A DNA stretch of 64,000 nucleotides from a bacterium (lineage in GTDB: Bacteria > Desulfobacterota > Binatia > UBA12015), in NCBI GenBank assembly GCA_030430245.1, contig JAUIFY010000002.1, forward strand, positions 2,659-66,658. Direction: 5' to 3'. Of this stretch, positions 1 through 8,589 are shown in pieces. Both the position numbers and the translations under genes were made by a program. How positions within the stretch are numbered: position 1 is the stretch's first letter; each line of letters begins with the position of its first letter. Below the pieces are notes generated by a model. It searched no databases and was not told where the DNA came from. It saw nothing but the letters and a program-made list of their open reading frames with translations.

Positions 1-1
1 C

Positions 2-46
2 GAGGACTGCCGGGCCAAGGGCTTCGGGATGCGCTGCAAGGAGTAG
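2..46 (+). CDS. 3-prime end of an unidentified CDS entering from upstream of the window (...EDCRAKGFGMRCKE*)
   Basis: The frame is open from the window edge to TAG at 44-46. Every third codon position is G or C, as in the confident genes. It is too short to assign a function. Confidence 0.3.
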   Translation, partial: EDCRAKGFGMRCKE

Positions 47-172
47 GCGAGCCGGCACCACGGCGCGGAGGGTGTGCCCACGCACGCCCTCCGCGCCGCT
101 CGTCGACCTCGGTCGCGCGCTCCATGCGGGACCATGCTGGCGGGCCGCGACGGGCGCGCCGTGCAAGGCCGG

Positions 173-553
173 TTACGACCGTCCTCGCAGGAGGAGGCGA
201 CCGGCCCAGCCTGCCGTCGCGAACTCGAAGACGAGGGCGAGGGCCGTGTACGCACCCAGGCCTCCGTCGAGGCCGACGCCGATCACCCTCGCGGTGCCGA
301 TGCCGCTCGTGAGGAGGAACAGCATCCAGACGGCGCTGCGCCGCGCGTCGGAGGCGACCGCACCCCAGATGCAGCCGGCGCCGATCGCGAGCTGAAGACC
401 GCCGTACATCGCGCGGATCTCGGTCACCCCGGCGGCGCTCGTCGCGGTCACCGTCGCGCCGTCCGCGAGCACCGACGGCACGAACAAGCAGTAGATCGCG
501 TACGGGATCCAGACGAGCGCCTCGAGGACCAGGAAGATCTGGACTCCGTTCAT
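173..553 (-). CDS. Small integral membrane protein, DUF4345-like
   Basis: 126 aa. ATG at 553 overlaps the hslO stop (ATGA). It has four hydrophobic helices (LVLEALVWIPYAIYCLFV, GLQLAIGAGCIWGAV, VWMLFLLTSGIGTARVIGV, AYTALALVFEFATAGWA). It is the downstream part of track ORF 173..1699. Confidence 0.7.
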   Translation of the reverse strand: MNGVQIFLVLEALVWIPYAIYCLFVPSVLADGATVTATSAAGVTEIRAMYGGLQLAIGAGCIWGAVASDARRSAVWMLFLLTSGIGTARVIGVGLDGGLGAYTALALVFEFATAGWAGRLLLRGRS

Positions 554-1482
554 GTGAGCTCCTGGGGCGAGATCTCGAACCGCGTCCGGCAGAACTCGCA
601 GGTCGTCTCGACCGGCTCCCCTTGCGCGACCATGTCCGCGATCTCTTCGTCGGGAAGGCTCCGGAGTACGGCCACCAACCGCTCTCGCGAGCAGCGGCAG
701 ACGAACGTCACCTCCTCCCGCGCGGACTGGTCCCACCGGTAGCCGGCGAGAAGCCGATCGCCGAACGACCGAGCGTCGGGATCGTCCGCGGTCATCGCAT
801 CCGCGAGCTTCGGGACCTCGTCGAGATTGTGGAGAAGACGCTCGACGTCTTCCCGTCCCCCCTCGGGCGTCACCTGGACGAGGAAGCCGCAGGCACGCGC
901 GAGATCGCCGCCGTCGTAGCGGACGTCGAGCTTCAGGACGGCGCGCACCTGATCGCTCTCGAGCAGATGGGCCATGTAGGCCTCGGGCAAGGTCTCCGCC
1001 CCGAGCAGCCGCGCCGACCGATGCGGCGAGCCACCGCGACGACTCCGGAGCAGATCGAACTCGCCCCCGGCGAACAGCGGCGCGCCCGCATCCGACCGGG
1101 CGTCCGGGTGCTGCACCGAGGCCCGGAAGCCCCGACCCGACGGCCAGACGTCGAGATACAGGCTCCCCGCCGCACCCGGATTGCGAATCGTGAGCTGCAC
1201 CTGCGCGTCGGGATCCATCGCCGAGCGGACCAGGAGGCCTCCCACCGCGAGCTCCGCCAGGAGCGTCCCCGTATCGGCGTTCGTCTGCAGGGTTCGGGAC
1301 AGCTCCCGCAACGAGCAGGTCGCACGCGCCACGAGGAGCCGAAGCTCGCCGTTTCGCGTCAGACCACGCCACAGCGTGTCTCGCTCGAGCGGCGGCGGCG
1401 ACGGCAGGTAGCCGGACGCGGCCTCCTCGCGCGCCACCTGGCGGGCGAAGTAGCGTGCCTTCGCGCGGCTCACCCGGCCCAT
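550..1482 (-). CDS. hslO: Hsp33 family redox-regulated chaperone
   Basis: 310 aa. The C-terminal zinc redox switch CRCS...(x31)...CEFC (CxC plus CxxC) and the overall length are typical of Hsp33. Confidence 0.9.
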   Translation of the reverse strand: MGRVSRAKARYFARQVAREEAASGYLPSPPPLERDTLWRGLTRNGELRLLVARATCSLRELSRTLQTNADTGTLLAELAVGGLLVRSAMDPDAQVQLTIRNPGAAGSLYLDVWPSGRGFRASVQHPDARSDAGAPLFAGGEFDLLRSRRGGSPHRSARLLGAETLPEAYMAHLLESDQVRAVLKLDVRYDGGDLARACGFLVQVTPEGGREDVERLLHNLDEVPKLADAMTADDPDARSFGDRLLAGYRWDQSAREEVTFVCRCSRERLVAVLRSLPDEEIADMVAQGEPVETTCEFCRTRFEISPQELT

Positions 1483-1580
1483 TTAGCCACCGCCCCCCGA
1501 AGGATCCAGACCCCGCGGCCGAGGGCGGGCGGTCCGGGGGCCGGATCCCGGCGACGAGCGCGCCGTCGGCGCGCGAAGCT

Positions 1581-3326
1581 TCACCCAGCCGGCGCGGGTT
1601 GCGGGCCCCGAAGGAGTCGACCGGGGCGAGCGTCGGTCGGCTCACCGCGCTGCAAGACGACCTCGCCCGCGACCACGGTCGCCTCGTATCCCTCGGCACG
1701 TTGCAGGAGACGACGGCCCCCGCCCGGCAGATCGTGCGCCATGCGGGGCGGCTGGAGGCGGACGTTGTCGATGTCGATCAGATTGACGTCGCCCTTGTAC
1801 CCCGGAGCGAGAACGCCGCGGTCGAGCAGTCCGTACAGCCGGGACGTGTCCTGCGTCATGCGATGCACGACGTGCTCGAGCGCGACCCGGTCCCCGCGCG
1901 TGCGGTCCCGCACCCAATGCGTCAGCATGAACGTGGGGATGCTCGCATCGCAGATGAGGCCGCAGTGCGCGCCGCCGTCCCCCAGACCCAGGACCACGCG
2001 CTCGTGCCCCATCATCTCGCGCAGCGGCTCGCAGTCGCCACTCGCGTAATTCAGGAAGGGCAGCAGCAAGAGCTCGCGGCCCTCGTCGCGCAGGAGCAGA
2101 TCGTAGGCGAGCTCGTGGACGTCGCGGCCCTCCCGGCGGGCCATGGCGGCGACGCTGTCGCCGGGTGCCGGCTCGTAGTTCGGAGGATCGCCCAGAGGGA
2201 ACAGGCTCTCGAAGATCGCGGGGCTTGCGAAGAAGTTCGCCCCCTTCGCGGGGACCTCCGCGAGGATCTTGCGACGGACACCGGGATCCCGAAGGCGCAC
2301 GGCACGCTCCGCCACGGGCAGATCGGCGATCGCATCGTACGTCGGCCGCCCGAGAAACGGATTGGCGATCGTCTGGTGCCCGGCCAGAATGCCGAAGGGT
2401 CGGCCCGCCATCTGCGGACGCACGTCCGCCCCCTTTGCTACGGCGTTCTCCGCGATCTCGATCAGCTGCCGCCAGATGTCGGGCCGTGAGGAGTACGTCA
2501 GCATCGCGAAGCTCACGGGCCTGCGGATCGCGGCCGAGAGCCGACACATCCAGTCGATCTCTTCGAGGATCGCGTCCGGCGGATCCCCGGGCGCATCGCC
2601 CCCGGCGCCCAGGGGCGCGAGCTCGAAGACACCGAGTCCGGTCTCGCCGAGCGCCCGTCCGATCCCGAAGAGCTCGTCCTCCGCCGCGAACGTACCCGGC
2701 ACCGGCTCGCCGTCGACCGCGCGGTGCCCGAGGGTCCGCGACGTCGAGAACCCGAGCGCTCCGGCGAGCAGGCCTTCCTTCACGATCTTCGCCATCGCGG
2801 CGATGTCGTCCGCCGTGGCGGCCTCGTTCTTCGCCCCGCGGTCGCCCATGACGTACCCACGCACGGCGCCGTGCGGCACTTGCGTGCCGAAGTCCAGCGC
2901 ACGCGGCGCACGCTCGAGTGCGTCGAGGTACTCGGGGAAGCTCTCCCACTCCCAACGAATGCCCTCGGCGAGCGCGGTTCCCGGGATGTCCTCGACCCCC
3001 TCCATCAGGCCGATGAGCCACTCGCGACGATCCGGTTTCGCCGGCGCGAACCCGACACCGCAGTTGCCGCAGACGGCCGTCGTCACGCCGTGCCAGCACG
3101 ACGGCGCCAGGTGGGGGTCCCAGGTCGCCTGCGCGTCGTAATGCGTGTGGATGTCGACGAAGCCGGGCGTCACCACCAGCCCGTCGGCATCGAGCGTCCG
3201 GCGCGCGGAGCCGTCGACGCGGCCGACGTCGACGACGCGCCCGTCGTCGATCGCCACGTCACCCGTGCGCGCGGCCGCGCCGGTGCCATCGACGACCGTC
3301 CCCCCTCGAATCACCAGGTCGTGCAT
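1581..3326 (-). CDS. N-acyl-D-amino-acid deacylase (D-aminoacylase) family amidohydrolase
   Basis: 581 aa from ATG 3326 (MHDLVIRGGTVVDGTG...). It has the metal-binding motif GFVDIHTHYD, GFSTSRT, and GLGDGGAHCG near the C-terminus. It is the inner part of track ORF 1581..4499. Confidence 0.85.
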   Translation of the reverse strand: MHDLVIRGGTVVDGTGAAARTGDVAIDDGRVVDVGRVDGSARRTLDADGLVVTPGFVDIHTHYDAQATWDPHLAPSCWHGVTTAVCGNCGVGFAPAKPDRREWLIGLMEGVEDIPGTALAEGIRWEWESFPEYLDALERAPRALDFGTQVPHGAVRGYVMGDRGAKNEAATADDIAAMAKIVKEGLLAGALGFSTSRTLGHRAVDGEPVPGTFAAEDELFGIGRALGETGLGVFELAPLGAGGDAPGDPPDAILEEIDWMCRLSAAIRRPVSFAMLTYSSRPDIWRQLIEIAENAVAKGADVRPQMAGRPFGILAGHQTIANPFLGRPTYDAIADLPVAERAVRLRDPGVRRKILAEVPAKGANFFASPAIFESLFPLGDPPNYEPAPGDSVAAMARREGRDVHELAYDLLLRDEGRELLLLPFLNYASGDCEPLREMMGHERVVLGLGDGGAHCGLICDASIPTFMLTHWVRDRTRGDRVALEHVVHRMTQDTSRLYGLLDRGVLAPGYKGDVNLIDIDNVRLQPPRMAHDLPGGGRRLLQRAEGYEATVVAGEVVLQRGEPTDARPGRLLRGPQPAPAG

Positions 3327-3356
3327 GTCGCGAGCGTAGCAGACGGCCACTGCGCT

Positions 3357-3938
3357 ATGCTGTGGGCCCTCATGATCGTTCTGGTCTACGGGTACGAAGG
3401 GTCCGGCGAAGGACACTGGCAGCGCCTCCTCGAACGCGAGCTCGCGCGCAGGGGCGCGCCTCATGCCTTCCCGGAGCTCTCGAGCCCCCTCGAGCCCGAC
3501 AAGGACCGGTGGGTCGCGGAGCTCGCGGCGTGCGTCGAGGCGGCCGGAGACGAGCCCGTGACGCTCGTCGCCCATTCGCTGGGCTGCTGGGCCGTCGACC
3601 ACCTCATCGCCACGAGAGGAACGTCGCGGGTACGCGGCGCGCTCCTCGTCGCCCCCCCGTCGCCCTACCTGCTGTTCGAGGCGGTTCAGAGCTTCCTCCC
3701 TCCCCCAATGGAGAAGGACGCGTGGGCTCCGATCGCGTCGCGATCGCTCCTCGTCGGAAGCGACGACGACGACTACGCCTCGCCCGAGGAGCACGCGGAG
3801 ATCGCGGCGGCTCTGGGCCTCCGTCACGAGAGCTTGTCGGGCGCCGGGCACCTCAACACGGCCTCCGGCTACGGCCCGTGGGCGCGGCCGCTGGACTGGC
3901 TCACCGAGGTCGGCGCGCTGAAGCCACCGCGCCGCTGA
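3357..3938 (+). CDS. Alpha/beta serine hydrolase (YdeN/RBBP9-like family)
   Basis: Contains MIVLVYGYEGSGEGHW, the nucleophile elbow VAHSLGC, and a later D and H (GSDDDDY, GAGHLN). The alternative start is ATG 3372. Confidence 0.75.
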   Translation: MLWALMIVLVYGYEGSGEGHWQRLLERELARRGAPHAFPELSSPLEPDKDRWVAELAACVEAAGDEPVTLVAHSLGCWAVDHLIATRGTSRVRGALLVAPPSPYLLFEAVQSFLPPPMEKDAWAPIASRSLLVGSDDDDYASPEEHAEIAAALGLRHESLSGAGHLNTASGYGPWARPLDWLTEVGALKPPRR

Positions 3939-4017
3939 TTTCGCGCCGGCGCGCGGAAACTTCTGTCCCGGGGGCTGCCGAGCCATATAGGCTCGGGACC
4001 GGCGCACGAATCCCTGA

Positions 4018-6018
4018 ATGACCTCCCGAAACCGAGACCGCCCCCTCAACGCCGCCGAGATCACCCGAGCTGCGCTCGCCGTGTCCGGCATCGGAGCGTG
4101 GGCATGGGAGAGCAAGACCGGCGAGGCCACCCTATCGGGTCCCTGGGGCGAGATCTTCGGAGTTCCGGACGACGCGATCCCGCGGCGCTGGGAGGAGTTC
4201 CTCGCCTGGGCGGAGCCCGAGCACCGGGACGCGATACGGGAGGCGGAGCGTGGGCTCGCCGCCGGAACCCGCATCGACGTCACGTGCCGCATGGACCCGC
4301 CCCGGGGGAACGTCCGCTGGATCCGGCTGCGCGGGGATCGCGTACCGTCCGACGGGGGAATCCGGATGGTGGGCGTCGTCGAGGACGTCACGGCGCGCAC
4401 GGAAGAGCAGCTCCGCCTTCGAAAGCGAGACGAGGAGTACCGCGTCCTCACCGAGTGCGCGCTCGACATGATCGTCCGCACCGACGGGGAACGACGCATC
4501 CACTACATCTCGCGCTCCTCGGAGCAGCTCCTCGGCCGATCGCCGGAGGAGATCCTCGGAGCGGGGCCGGAGGGCATCCACCGCGACGACCGGGCGGCCG
4601 CCGACGCGAGCTACGCCGAGATCCTCTCCGAGCGCGGACACTCGACCGCCAACTTCCGCCTGCGGCACAAGGACGGACATTGGGTGTGGATGGAATCCCT
4701 CGGCCACGCGATCCGCGATCCGGACTCCGGCGAGCTGAAGGAAGTGCTGTTCCTCATGCGCGACGCCTCGCGGCGGATCGAAGCCGAGAACCGCGAACGG
4801 CGCGCGAGGGACCGACTCCTGCGCGCGCAACGCGACCTCGAGAAGCAGAGAGCGGTCGAGCAGGAGATCCGCCGGAGCGAGGCGCTCTTCCGGGAGCTGG
4901 CCGACTCGACGCCGATCGCCATGTGGATCAGCGGCGCCGACGGTCGGCCGGCCTGGGGCAACCGAGCGCTGCTCGACTTCACCGGGCACCGGGCGGGCGA
5001 GAGAGTGCGGGGAATGTCGCGGATCCACCCCGACGACACCGACCGCGTCGCGACCGAGTTCGTGCGAAGCCTCGAGAACCGGGCGCCCTATGCGGCCGAG
5101 GTGCGGATCGAGCGATACGACGGCGAGTACCGCAACTGCCTCGTGACCGCGCTGCCTCGTCTCGACGCCCAGGGGAGCTTCGCGGGCTACGTCGCGACGA
5201 GCGTCGACGTGACCGATCTGCGGCGGGCACAGACGGCGGACGCCGAGCATCGCGAGAACCTCGCCCACGCACTTCGCGTCGAGAGTCTCGACCAGATGGC
5301 ACTCGGCCTCGCACACGAGCTCCACCAGCCGCTCGCGGCGATCTCGGCGACGCTGGGCGCGGCGCTCCGCGGGCTCTCCGGCGGACGGGTGGAGGCGGCG
5401 AAGCTCCAGGAGATGCTCGCCGAAGCCCAGGCCCAGGCGATTCGCGCCGGCGCCCTCCTCGAGGAGATGCGCGAGTTCATCCGCAAGGGGGCCTCCGGCC
5501 GTATCGACGGCCCTCGGAGCTCGATCGACGTGAACGACGTCGTGCAGGACGCCGCGAGCCTCGCGCGCCACGAAGCGGACCGACGCGACATCGTGCTCGA
5601 CGTCGAGGCGAGCGACGAGCCGGCCCTCGTCCACGCGAACCGGGTTCAGGTTCAGCAGGTGCTGATCAACCTGATCCAGAACGGACTGGAGGCCATGGGC
5701 TCGAGCACGGGAGGTCGCCTGCGCGTCGAGATCCGGCGGACTCGGCGCGGCGCCGTGGAAGTGCGCGTGCTCGACGAGGGGCGCGGTCTGAGCCTCGAAG
5801 AGCGCCAGCACATGTTCGACGTGTTCTACACGACTCGCGCGGACGGACTCGGGATGGGATTGGCGATCAGTCGCTCGATCGCCGAAGCGCATGGGGGCAC
5901 GCTCGACGGCCACAACCGCGCGAACGGAGGCGCCGAGTTCACCCTGACGCTTCCCACCTCGTCCGATCGCGACGCCAGCGACGACACCGCGACCGAGACG
6001 TCTCCGCGCGAGGAGTGA
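4018..6018 (+). CDS. Soluble multi-PAS sensor histidine kinase
   Basis: 666 aa with no TM segment. It has three PAS-like blocks, the H-box LAHELHQPLAAI, and ATPase N/G boxes (VLINLIQNGLEAM, DEGRGL, GLGMGLAISRSIAEAHGG). Confidence 0.9.
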   Translation: MTSRNRDRPLNAAEITRAALAVSGIGAWAWESKTGEATLSGPWGEIFGVPDDAIPRRWEEFLAWAEPEHRDAIREAERGLAAGTRIDVTCRMDPPRGNVRWIRLRGDRVPSDGGIRMVGVVEDVTARTEEQLRLRKRDEEYRVLTECALDMIVRTDGERRIHYISRSSEQLLGRSPEEILGAGPEGIHRDDRAAADASYAEILSERGHSTANFRLRHKDGHWVWMESLGHAIRDPDSGELKEVLFLMRDASRRIEAENRERRARDRLLRAQRDLEKQRAVEQEIRRSEALFRELADSTPIAMWISGADGRPAWGNRALLDFTGHRAGERVRGMSRIHPDDTDRVATEFVRSLENRAPYAAEVRIERYDGEYRNCLVTALPRLDAQGSFAGYVATSVDVTDLRRAQTADAEHRENLAHALRVESLDQMALGLAHELHQPLAAISATLGAALRGLSGGRVEAAKLQEMLAEAQAQAIRAGALLEEMREFIRKGASGRIDGPRSSIDVNDVVQDAASLARHEADRRDIVLDVEASDEPALVHANRVQVQQVLINLIQNGLEAMGSSTGGRLRVEIRRTRRGAVEVRVLDEGRGLSLEERQHMFDVFYTTRADGLGMGLAISRSIAEAHGGTLDGHNRANGGAEFTLTLPTSSDRDASDDTATETSPREE

Positions 6019-6657
6019 TCAGGCGCTCTCGCTCAGCGCCGCGGGACCGACGCCGCGAAGCGTGAGCACCTGGCGCACGAGGTCGGCGAGGGAGCTCGCC
6101 TGCATCTTGCGATAGATCTGAGCGCGGTGGCCTTCGACGGTGCGGCGGCTCAGCGACAGACGCTCGCCGATCTTGATCGACGAGAGCCCCTCGAGAATCA
6201 GCTCGAGCACCTCGGTCTCTCGCGCGCTCAGAGAATCGTATCGGCGCCGGATGCCGCCGACGGCCGCGTTCTCCCGGTAGCGCGTCCGCGAGCGCTCGAT
6301 GGCCTGCCAGATGCGATCGACGAGGTCCTGATCGCTGAAGGGCTTGCGAAGGATGTCGATCGCACCGCCCTTCAAGCCACGAACCGCGGTCGAGAACTCG
6401 GGGAAGGCCGTGATGAGGATCGTCGGCGGCAAGCGGTCTTCCCTCTGGAGCTTCTCGACGAGCTCCAGGCCGCTCATCCCGCGGAGGCGCACGTCGAGAA
6501 CGAGGCACGCGACGTCGTCGGGGTCGTAGGATTCGAGAAACTCGGAAGCGGAGGAATGGACCCGCGGCTCGAGACCGACGGACTCGACGAGCCAGCCCAG
6601 TGCTTTTCGCACCGAGGCGTCGTCGTCGACGACGTAGACCACACCCTCGGAAGGCAT
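6019..6657 (-). CDS. Response regulator, FixJ/LuxR (NarL) family
   Basis: Receiver domain (VYVVDDD, LVLDVRLRGMSG, LRKP) plus a LuxR-type HTH (LSARETEVLELILEGLSSIKIGERLSLSRRTVEGHRAQIYRKM). ATG 6657 was chosen; ATG 6678 is possible. Its stop abuts the kinase stop. Confidence 0.9.
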   Translation of the reverse strand: MPSEGVVYVVDDDASVRKALGWLVESVGLEPRVHSSASEFLESYDPDDVACLVLDVRLRGMSGLELVEKLQREDRLPPTILITAFPEFSTAVRGLKGGAIDILRKPFSDQDLVDRIWQAIERSRTRYRENAAVGGIRRRYDSLSARETEVLELILEGLSSIKIGERLSLSRRTVEGHRAQIYRKMQASSLADLVRQVLTLRGVGPAALSESA

Positions 6658-6769
6658 GGCTCCGAAAATAGCCTGCATTTCCGTCCAGGTCACCCGATTT
6701 CGGGCCAACGGCTCCCGATCTGCGCGCCCTCTCCTTGAGAAGGGCGCGCTCCGGATGCGAAGGAGGTCC

Positions 6770-7552
6770 ATGGCGGACTTCGGAACGTTCGGGGATGTCC
6801 ACGTCGAGATGGGCGACGGCTACGTCGCGGAGGTCGAGATCCGGCGCGGACCCAACAACTTTTTCGACATCACGCTGATCCAGTCGATCTGTGAAGCGTT
6901 CGAGGCCCTCGACGCGGACCCGGGTTGTCGGGCGATCGTTCTCTGTTCGGAAGGCAAGCACTTCTGCGCCGGCGCGAACTTCGGGAACGACGACCAGGGC
7001 CTCCGGGACGCCTCGGGCCGCCACCTCTACGACGAAGCGGTCCGCCTCTTCTCGACGAGGACACCCGCGGTCGCCGCGGTCCAGGGGGCCGCCGTCGGCG
7101 GGGGGCTGGGACTCGCCCTCATGCCCGATTTCCGCGTGGCCTCGCCCGAATCGCGTTTCAGCTCGAACTTCGCCCGGCTCGGCTTCCATCAGGGCTTCGG
7201 GCTGTCGGTCACGCTGCCGGACCTGGTGGGCCAGCAGAAGGCGATGGAGCTCCTCTACATCGGGCGCCGCGTGCCGGGAGAGGAGGCCTTCGCGATGGGC
7301 CTCTGCGACCGACTCGTGCCGGAGGATCGAATCCGCGACGAGGCGATCGGGCTGGCCCGCGAAATCGCCATCTCGGGACCGCTCGCGATCGCATCGATCC
7401 GGCGCACGCTCCGCGGGTCGTTGCCGGAGAGGATCCGCGTCGCGACCGACCGCGAGAAGGCCGAGCAGGATCGGTTGCAGCAGACCGAGGACTTCCGCGA
7501 GGGGGTCGCCGCGATGGCCGACCGCCGAACGCCCGACTTCAAGGGCCGCTGA
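6770..7552 (+). CDS. Enoyl-CoA hydratase/isomerase (crotonase) family protein
   Basis: AGGAGG lies 4 nt upstream of ATG 6770. Crotonase motifs are present: GKHFCAGANF, AVQGAAVGGGLGLAL, and a C-terminal EDFREGVAAMADRRTPDF. Confidence 0.9.
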   Translation: MADFGTFGDVHVEMGDGYVAEVEIRRGPNNFFDITLIQSICEAFEALDADPGCRAIVLCSEGKHFCAGANFGNDDQGLRDASGRHLYDEAVRLFSTRTPAVAAVQGAAVGGGLGLALMPDFRVASPESRFSSNFARLGFHQGFGLSVTLPDLVGQQKAMELLYIGRRVPGEEAFAMGLCDRLVPEDRIRDEAIGLAREIAISGPLAIASIRRTLRGSLPERIRVATDREKAEQDRLQQTEDFREGVAAMADRRTPDFKGR

Positions 7553-7565
7553 GGGGAGCACCGCG

Positions 7566-8183
7566 GTGGCCGATTCGGAGCGACCGCTCACGCCCCAACC
7601 GCGGATCGGCTGGGCGGAGACGGTGCGTCTGATCGAGGAGGACCTGGACACGTACGACGTCTGGTTTCCGAGCCTCGGCCGCGACCGCCCGACCTGGGCC
7701 CGAGCCGCCTTCGCGGTCTTCCGCACGGAGATGTTCGGCGCGAACCTCCTGTACCGACTCCAGACGTTCCTCCACGGAGCGGGGCATCCCATCCTCGCCA
7801 CCACGCTGACGCGCCTCGGCCGCGTGCTCTTCGGCGTGACGATCGGCCGCGACGTCCGGATCGGCGGCGGCCTCTACATCGCCCACGGGAGCATCGTCGT
7901 CGAAGGAACGACGACGATCGGCCGACGTGCGTCGATCGCGCCGTTCGTGACCGTGGGGCTCGCGAGCTCGACCGGGGCCGCGTTCGACGTACGCGGCCCC
8001 GTGATGGGAGACGACGTGATGCTCGGCACCGGGGCGAAGGTGCTCGGGCCCGTTCGGATCGGCGATCGCGCTCGGGTGGGGGCGAACGCGGTCGTCCTCG
8101 GCGACGTCCCGGCCGACCACACGGCCGTCGGCATCCCGGCCCGCGCGCGTCTCCCCCGCGCGAGCGGACTGCGGGCCGTCTGA
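7566..8183 (+). CDS. Serine O-acetyltransferase-like hexapeptide-repeat acyltransferase
   Basis: GTG 7566 is preceded by GGGGAG. It has a left-handed beta-helix hexapeptide region (IGRDVRIGGGLYIAHGSIVVEGTTTIGRRASIAP...GDDVMLGTGAKVLGPVRIGDRARVGANAVVLGDV). The N-terminal helical part resembles short CysE-like enzymes. Confidence 0.7.
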   Translation: MADSERPLTPQPRIGWAETVRLIEEDLDTYDVWFPSLGRDRPTWARAAFAVFRTEMFGANLLYRLQTFLHGAGHPILATTLTRLGRVLFGVTIGRDVRIGGGLYIAHGSIVVEGTTTIGRRASIAPFVTVGLASSTGAAFDVRGPVMGDDVMLGTGAKVLGPVRIGDRARVGANAVVLGDVPADHTAVGIPARARLPRASGLRAV

Positions 8184-8589
8184 CCCGCATCTGCCAGCGC
8201 GCTCCCCACGGCACGATCTGGCCGCCCTGACGTGCTGTCACCCCGGGCGCAAGCCCGATCTCCCAGCCAGTGAGACGCCTGGGCGACGAACACGCGAAAG
8301 TGGCCGTCGAAGCACAACGTGGTCTTGACCGCGGGAGTCAGAAGTTCGTAGGAAAGGCTACGGCATTTTCCCCAACCCCTCCACCAGCTCCTGCAGATTC
8401 CTGTAGGGAGGGACCATGACCGACCGCCCAAACCTGACCGAAGTCCTTCCGCCTCCCTCACCGGGCCGGGCGAGCTGCGACTTCCGTATGAGTGGACTCG
8501 ATCCCGTCAGCCCCTGGGACGGCTCGTCCAACCACCGGCGCGCTCGCGCGCGCGCCACCACCCGGACTCGAGGAAAACGGAGAGACGAT

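Noticed and set aside
6016-6021. The histidine kinase and response regulator genes converge tail-to-tail with zero intergenic bases.
   Set aside because: It is noted as a curiosity, since a convergent arrangement is less common than a co-directional one. It is not evidence of anything beyond compact packing, and no terminator structure can fit between them.
8210-8222. Sigma-54-like GG-N10-GC element (GGCACGATCTGGC) in the 406-nt gap upstream of the first Cys-array gene.
   Set aside because: The spacing is off by one relative to TGGCAC-N5-TTGC, and the -12 element lacks TTGC. It lies ~370 nt from the start codon, and no enhancer-binding protein gene is nearby.
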